From positions 20,150,001-20,214,000 of the forward strand of contig OZ231126.1 in the NCBI GenBank assembly GCA_965153355.1: a stretch of 64,000 bases of DNA, in the 5' to 3' direction. The position numbers and the translations under genes are program-made. This document shows, piece by piece, positions 57,701-64,000 of the stretch. The notes under the pieces are model-generated. The model made no database searches. It was not told where the DNA came from and saw only the letters and a list, made by a program, of their open reading frames with translations. The stretch comes from Flaccisagitta enflata. Taxonomy: Eukaryota. Numbering within the stretch: position 1 is the first letter of the stretch; every line of letters starts with the position of its first letter.

Positions 57701-60700
57701 AAAGTCAGGTCTGAGAAAAGAAAAAAGAAAGGTTTTTAAGGGTAATTACTTGTGTAATGGTTGTGTAATAACAAAAATAACCGAATTACTGGACCAGATT
57801 CATTTGATTCCATGTAAACACTTCAGGAATGCATTTAACACTGTTTGTGCATGTATATATTGGCAACTGTCATTTTTTTACCTGCAACATTCAGCTCATT
57901 CAATCGGTCAGGTACCCCCATCTTCTTAAGGTTATCACAATGCAGATCAATGAGACATGGATCGTCTGCCTTGTAGACTTGTCCATCCTTTCCCGCCTTC
58001 AGCTCACGGATCCTTTTAAAATCGAAACTCCTCTCCATGTGTAAGTCGTATCGATTATGACCGTCAGCAACTGAGGACACAAGAAATTGTTACATGAAAC
58101 TTTTTCCTTAAGTTTTTTTGGGGCAAATCAGTGCAAAGGTAGAAGGTGTTGCGCTGGTAGACATGTAGGAATTAACACAGCCAAGTGTGGATCGTCGAAC
58201 GAATGCGTTACCCAACCAACAGATCAACTGACCAAACGACAGACACAGCCAGGTATAGAGGTGCTTTGTTGTACTCAAAAACTTGTCCTATGGCAATTAT
58301 CTTCCATTTACTGCTGCTCCAGCAACTCTTGGCTAGTTTCCTGCATATAGCTATAGTAGTTTTTTCTTCGCCCAAACATTAAATAGTTGCTTACTTTTGT
58401 GCCAACGTTTTTTAAATTCAGCAATAACTGCTTCTGAAGCGGTTGTCTCGGTCCACACCCCTGGAGTTGCGGCAGGAGCGTTTGAGGTCGATGAGGCCGA
58501 GGCTGTTGAGGCTGAGGCTGCCTCAGCCGACGGTTTCGAGGTTGTGGGAGAGGCGGAAGGTAAAGACGCTGAGGCAGAGGATACCCTGGCCGCTGATTTT
58601 GAAGTTGAGCGAGACGCTGAGGCAGAAGACGCCCCAGCCGCTGATTTTGAGGTGGCTGAGGTGGCCGAGGCCGAGGATGAAGAGGGAGAGGTTCGCGGGG
58701 CTTTCGATTTAGGTGTCGAGCGAGAGGCCGAGGCAGAAGACGCTGCGGGAGAGGATGCCGCGGCAGACGATATTGATGTTGAGGTAGATGAATTGGGGGT
58801 TGATGATATACTGTGGGCCCTTTTGGTTGCTTTTCCGCTTGGTTTCTCGGAAGTAGTTTCCACCACAGTTTGCAGTTGGGTCAACGCGCCTAAGGCGTAA
58901 AGAGTCAATCTCTCCGTCTTTACTAGGTTATTCACCCTCACCTTTTTTTAGACATCAATTCTTTAAAAATTTCCAAATAATGTATGGACCTGTTTCTTGT
59001 TCCTTCAATGACGTTTGTTGTACTTCCTCCACGATCATTTTACGAATCTTCCTCTTATTTCTCTTCTCCCTCCTCTCCTTGTTGTAAGTGTAATCGGAAT
59101 CTGTGGATTAAGACATGTAACAGTGAATTTTCTTAATGGCATGTGAAGTCATTGTAGGGAATACAGTTCAGTCAGTCTTTGCTTTTTTTTACTATTTTGG
59201 AGAAATACGGTTTCCATTTTCTTATTACTGGTGACCTGAGTAATTTTTTTTCCATTTTTGGTCCTTACATAATACTTACATATTTCATGTTTGGGGAAAA
59301 AAAGTTCTTTAAAATCACAAAGTCATCCAACTATTTCCACTAATTGATCATCACTTCCACTTCGACAACCTATTCCAAGTCTCTATACTCACCCAAATCG
59401 CTGTCATCCAGATCTACCGAATTCCGGGCGTGGTATGTTAAATTGCCAGACCCTATATAATGTAGATTAAGTTACAAAAAATTTGTTAAAGAGGCTAAAA
59501 ATTTTGTGCCTCTTTAACAAATTTTTTTTCTTATCTTAAGCCCAACATTACGTTTTACTCACTCACCTTGTGTGGATGCATTCCGTTTGGGCGTTTTGGA
59601 TTCGGACTGGGAGGGTTGGGAGGTCTGAAGTGGGGTTGATGTTGGCGAGGAGAAGATCGAGGAAGTCTCATATCGTTCGCCACTCTGGTGGGAAGGATCC
59701 TCCGTTGGCCCACAAACACCTGTTTATTTGGTAACAGAAATGGGAATGCAATCTCCAATACTGTTACGTACCCATTGGAATAATCGACCAATACAAGTCC
59801 ACTAATGGTTAGAATTACCATGTTCGCGCATGTCTACGTCGTCGCCTTTACCCATTCCGGCATCTCCTCCAAAATTGACGGAGTCCGGCGCCCTTTTTGT
59901 CTTATCGCTTGACAAGCCTCGCTTTTGGATTACAGTCTCCATCTCCTCCCTTAGCTGTGTGTTCGGTCCAGCTCTTTTCTCGCCCGGTGCCGGTCTCGGG
60001 CCCGGTCCCGATCGTTGTTCTGGTCCCGGTTCTTTCTCGCCCAACCCATCAGGTGCGCCTCCGAACTCATCCCACCCAGGATCACCTCCCAAAACATTCT
60101 GACCCTCGTTCTCATCCTCGCTGTCCATCTCCCTCTCCTCTTCCTCCTCCCTGTCATCAACCTCCTCCATGGCGTCTCCAGGATCTGTATTGTCTCGTTC
60201 CTCATGCATTTCTGAGTCAAACCCAGAGTTGAAGTCGGTCGTAACCGTCTGTTGGCCTTTTGTAGCACATTTCGGTACGACATCAAAACGATCAAAAACA
60301 TTCATGTTGTCCTCTTGTTCACTATGTTGTGGAACATGTGATTTTGACTTTGAACCAGTAGACCCTGCGTCCCTGTCTTCCATCCTATCTCTAGGCGGAT
60401 GTTTTGAGGGAGGTGGCGAGAACGACGCTTCTCTTGTCAGACGTTGTGAGTGAGGAGATGAGGGAGATGGTGGACGTTTATGGTGAGGAGATGACGTAGG
60501 TTGTGTGGAGGTAAAAGATGGGAAGGATTTGGTTTGGGATGAGGAGGGGCTATTTTCCATCGCTTTCTTTTTTCTTCTTACCTCTCTCTGGCTAGTAAAG
60601 TAGGATTCTGAGGATATGTTGGTTTCCGGGCTGTTTTTGAAGGAGGTACTTTGTTGTAAAAACCCGAATGAAAGTTGTGGTGAGGAACGTGCTGGAACGG

Positions 60701-60773
60701 TTGGATCGCGTGAGGTCACCTCTCCATCCTGCGATTCTTGAGAATCCCCTCTTCCCCCCCTTTTTTCTGACAT
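51708..60773 (-). CDS. ~1450-aa, ~19-exon protein of unknown function (disordered Ser/Ala-rich N-terminus, globular-looking middle, KDKGRKS repeats and acidic tail); putative transposon cargo/accessory gene
   Basis: Phase-consistent exons: 60773-59819, 59719-59567, 59452-59393, 59100-58990, 58889-58395, 58070-57882, 57710-57378, 57097-56913, 56749-56497, 56268-56063, 55857-55753, 55628-55374, 55173-55120, 54907-54832, 54310-54251, 53414-53075, 52498-52357, 52279-52247, 52061-51708 (4359 nt). Joins between 55120 and 53414 are the least certain. Confidence 0.7.
52536..52646 (-). mobile_element. Mini HINE-like element (~110-150 bp); related copies at ~49433-49580, 58173-58281, 62219-62355 and 30652-30752 (+)
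   Basis: AACAAGGCCAAGTAGGCCAATA.GGTGC...GATCGTCGAACGAATGCGTTAC...AGAGGTGCT...GCACCTAAAAA. Confidence 0.75.
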
Positions 60774-61075
60774 TGTTTTTACTCTGTTTTTCAGTCTCTG
60801 ATGTTATTAGTAAATGATCGCTTAAAAAGATTCAAAGCAAACAAGTCATCAGTAGGGTCTCTCACAATGCCATAAAGAACTAAAAAGAAATTCAAAGGGC
60901 AGGAAATTCAAAGGGCAGACAGCGAGGGGGATTGGAATTATATAACCAAAAAATTTTTTCTATTGTTATTGCTTGCGTTATTTTGGGAGAACTTGATGAA
61001 TAAAAGCATTTTGTTCATAGCATCCGTTTTTTCTTTTTGCGGATACTCCCTCGTCAGTAAACCTTGCGCTGGATA

Positions 61076-61855
61076 CAGAGGGGCGAACGTTAAAAAAAAT
61101 TTTACAGGTTTTTAACGTTTTGTAACGCTTTTTTACAGTTTTTAACAGTTTCCTACAAGAAAAAAATATAAAGAGGTGCCCGCATTACTTTTTTAACACA
61201 CACCATGTGCAGTTAAAAACTCCTTCTCGATAAGAACTGTCTTGTAAAATTATTAAAAAGAGCTTTTTAACACCTTAAAATATCTAACAGGATATGTTAA
61301 AAACCTTTTTAACTGGGTGTTAAAAACCTTTTTATCCAGTTAAAAACCTTTTTAACACGTTGTAAAAAAAGTTTTTAACATACTGTTAAAAACCTTTTAA
61401 ACAAGTTGGCAAAAAAACCTTTTAACAAGCTGTTAAAAACCTTTTTAACAAGTTATAAACCTTTTCAACAAGTCAAATACCTTATTAACAAGTTAAAAAC
61501 CTTTTTAACAGGTTTGTGAACAACTTTTCAACACGCTGTTAAAAACCTGTTTACCAAGCTGCTTAAAACCTTTTTAACAAGTTATCAAATAACTTTTTTA
61601 CATGACTGTTGAATAAAAACAGTTTTAAACCTCTCAAAAAGCATTTAAAACCTGTTTAACCACCATTTTTTACGGGGACCCTAGCTTTTTAACAGTTTTT
61701 AACAAGTCCCTGAATTAAAAGAGGGTCCCCGCTAATAAAAACTGTTAAAAACTGTTAAAAACTGTTATAAACTTTTAAAAACTGTTAAAAACTGTTAAAA
61801 AATGTTTCTAACTTTTAAAAACCCGTAAAATTTTTTTTTTCGTTCGCCCCCTCTG
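61076..61855. mobile_element. MITE with TIRs, internal GTTAAAAACCTT repeats and apparent GATA target duplication
   Basis: GATA|CAGAGGGGCGAACGTTAAAAAAAATTTTACAGGTTTTTAA ... TTAAAAACCCGTAAAATTTTTTTTTTCGTTCGCCCCCTCTG|GATA. Confidence 0.8.
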
Positions 61856-62105
61856 GATATTCGTACCTATGGATATGTATGATATGACTCAAGATCATCT
61901 TTACCCCTTCCCACATTCCCCCCCCCTTCACCACATTCCCCCTCCCTTCCTCAGGTCTTATCGAGAAGAGTAAGATGGTCAGAGTAAGAAGGTAATCTCT
62001 CACACCGCATTTCCCTTTCAATGTTTTTCTTTCTACTATTGTCCCATACGTTTCCATCTAGGAGAAAGACTGACAATCCGTTCACTCGTTCGATTTTCAA
62101 CGTGT

Positions 62106-63587
62106 TTAGAAATCTCCATTCGTGCCCGTGTTGCCATCATCTGGAAAAGGATTGGGTATTACATAAAAGAAGGTCTCCATTGTCATCCAATATGTTCTAT
62201 CATTTTCATCAACAGTAATACAAGGCCAAGTAGGCCAATAAGGTGCGACGTGTGGATCGTCTAACAAATGCGTTACCCGGCCAACTGTCAGACCAACCAG
62301 CCCATCCACAGACGGACACAGCCAGTTGTAGAGGTGCTTTGTCGTACCAATAAATGGGTTAAGCATATGCAGGGGTCTCACCATCGTCGTTGTCTTTGTC
62401 GTTGTCTTCATCATCATCATGACTTTCGGTGTTAAACGAGTACTCGTTTCCTTCATCCTTCGCCTTTTTCCCGTTAACCCCGAAAGGAGTTGGACTCTCC
62501 TCAATGATTGCCCGTCGCCTTCTTTTCAATGGACGCAAGTCACCCAGATCTCCTTCACCGCTTGCATCTTCATCGACTGGGGTGAGGTGGACATCATCCC
62601 CCATTGGCTGTAGGGTAAAAGGATAGGATCGTCAGGCCAAATTCTTAAGCATGGATGGGAGCAAGGCCAACGAATAGCCCCTATATCCCTACCCTGCACC
62701 CCCCCCTCCCGTTCAACGCTTTAAACAATTTTTTTTTAGCGGACACGCGACTACACCTTACCAGTCAGTTGGTCCGTGTGTCGCTCTGTTGGTCTGTCAT
62801 ATTTTCTAATTCAAAGGGTTTTTTTTCATTACTGCTCCTGAACAACCGTTTGTGACTGGATGGCCGTGTATCTGTCCTTGTTTTACATACTTGGAGGTTT
62901 TCGTTTTCCACCACCTTCAATCGTTTTCGACTTTCAAAAACCGGTTTCTGTTTCTGTTCTTCAAAGTTTTGGGCGCCATCGTTGTCACTCAGTCCGTTTC
63001 CACCCTCCGAGCTGATGAGAAAATCGTCTCCCATAGACTGTGAAGGAAGGGGGAAGTAAATGTTGAAAGGAAACATTTGGGTTGAACAAGTAAAAGAAAT
63101 GGACAATAAAATCGCCAGTTCATACTATCTCCCCACCCCCAACACACTTGGGCTTCAAGAGTTATCAAATCAAACTCACAACGTGGGGTGTTTCCAGGTG
63201 AGTTGGGAACTCAAATGATTCCTCGATCTTTGGGATGGGGCTCAAGTGGTCGAAATCCGAGCCGAATGAGAACAACTGCTCCGAAGATGAGTCGGTCTCC
63301 TCCGAAGATGAGTCGGTCTCCTCGTAACCTTCGTTTTGGCCATCCGCATGGAGTTGGTCGTTGTAAGAGCTGTCGTTGTAAGAGCTGTCGTTGTAAGAGC
63401 TGTAACTAGTATCAGTAAGGAGAGGCTCGATGTCCGAGTGCGGAGAAGAGACGTCCGAAATGGAAGATACACCGGAAATTTGCGACAAATCGATTGTGTC
63501 GTCCTCCGGACCGTAAGAAGAAGAATCGAGCGTGACATCTTGAAGTGTTTTCGACACCGACTCTTCCTCGACTTTCTTTTGTGACAT
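62106..63587 (-). CDS. 4-exon ~271-aa acidic, Ser/Asp/Glu-rich protein with basic NLS-like patches (SRKRLK, PLKRRRR)
   Basis: Exons 63587-63180, 63037-62891, 62607-62382, 62140-62106 (816 nt) with GTGAGT/GTATGT/GTGAGA donors and CAG acceptors, ending in TAA. Last exon less certain. Confidence 0.65.
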
Positions 63588-63676
63588 TGCGATTGAGAGT
63601 TATGGATTTATTTTTTAGGAAAGAGGGTTGGCATGGACCTGAACGACCAAACCAAGAAGTCATGAAAAAGACAAAA

Positions 63677-64000
63677 TCATGGGATTAATGCAACCCATTC
63701 ATTTAGGGGATTTTTCTCATAGTCATATCCGGTATAAAGAGGACGGCGCAAATAATGATAAGAGGAAGTATGATCCTGTTCGTAAAATGTTGACTTGAAT
63801 TCCTCTAAGAGGACTACGTTAAACCTTTTGTTGGGAGTTTTTTGGTCAATCTTTGGAACACGTGTATGGGGATCAATTGTAACAGAAAAAACCTGTCCAA
63901 AGAAGCCCAATTTTGATGAATCCTCTTTTGCTATGAGTAGATTATCGATTCGAACAAACTCGGTGTCTGATTTGAAGTAAAATGTTGTCTTATGAAAGTT
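63677..64000 (-). CDS. 3' end of an ORF entering from outside the window; possibly the C-terminus of a CACTA/EnSpm-type transposase
   Basis: Open for 107 codons from the window edge to a TGA stop (NFHKTTFYFKSDTEFVRIDNLLIAKEDSSKLGFFGQVFSV...NEWVALIP*). The beta-strand-like pattern F..D.EFV.I.N.....G..F recalls C-terminal regions of animal CMC transposases (by eye only). Confidence 0.45.
   Translation of the reverse strand, partial: NFHKTTFYFKSDTEFVRIDNLLIAKEDSSKLGFFGQVFSVTIDPHTRVPKIDQKTPNKRFNVVLLEEFKSTFYEQDHTSSYHYLRRPLYTGYDYEKNPLNEWVALIP

Larger units (their letters stand above)
48534..64000 (-). mobile_element. Putative large CACTA/EnSpm(CMC)-like DNA transposon; only one terminus is in the window
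   Basis: Starts with CACTGTAAAAAAAG at 48534, then ~550 bp with about a dozen GTGGTCC/GGACCAC-like motifs in both orientations. Sequence style changes afterwards (short introns, few long microsatellites) and three co-oriented minus-strand genes follow. Confidence 0.55.

Noticed and set aside
58397-58900. 167-aa plus-strand Ala/Glu-rich ORF
   Set aside because: Antisense shadow of the Ser/Ala-rich minus-strand exon 58889-58395.

Overview
Repeat-rich eukaryotic (probably invertebrate animal) genomic DNA; no prokaryotic features, rRNA, convincing tRNA or CRISPR array. Most ORF-track entries are microsatellite artefacts. Manual phase-consistent GT-AG splicing gives four host-like genes: (1) a minus-strand low-complexity polyQ/polyN gene with at least 11 exons (11684 to beyond 547); (2) a 6-exon, ~226-aa orphan-like gene (18253-29259); (3) a 6-exon, ~321-aa ankyrin-repeat gene (33967-42629); (4) a partial plus-strand gene (43402 to beyond 48484). 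Introns and intergenic DNA are packed with non-autonomous Helentron-like (HINE/DINE-1-type) elements with different internal tandem repeats, and with TIR MITEs (TA, 4-bp and 8-bp TSDs), including a four-level nest. The main candidate for a novel system starts at 48534: a CACTGTAAAAAA terminus with subterminal GTGGTCC repeats (CACTA/EnSpm-like), followed by three co-oriented minus-strand genes (a ~1450-aa 19-exon gene, a ~271-aa acidic gene, and the 3' end of a possibly transposase-like ORF running off the window). This suggests a cargo-carrying DNA transposon of more than 15 kb inside an intron of gene 4. Gene models and family assignments were read by eye; no searches were run.
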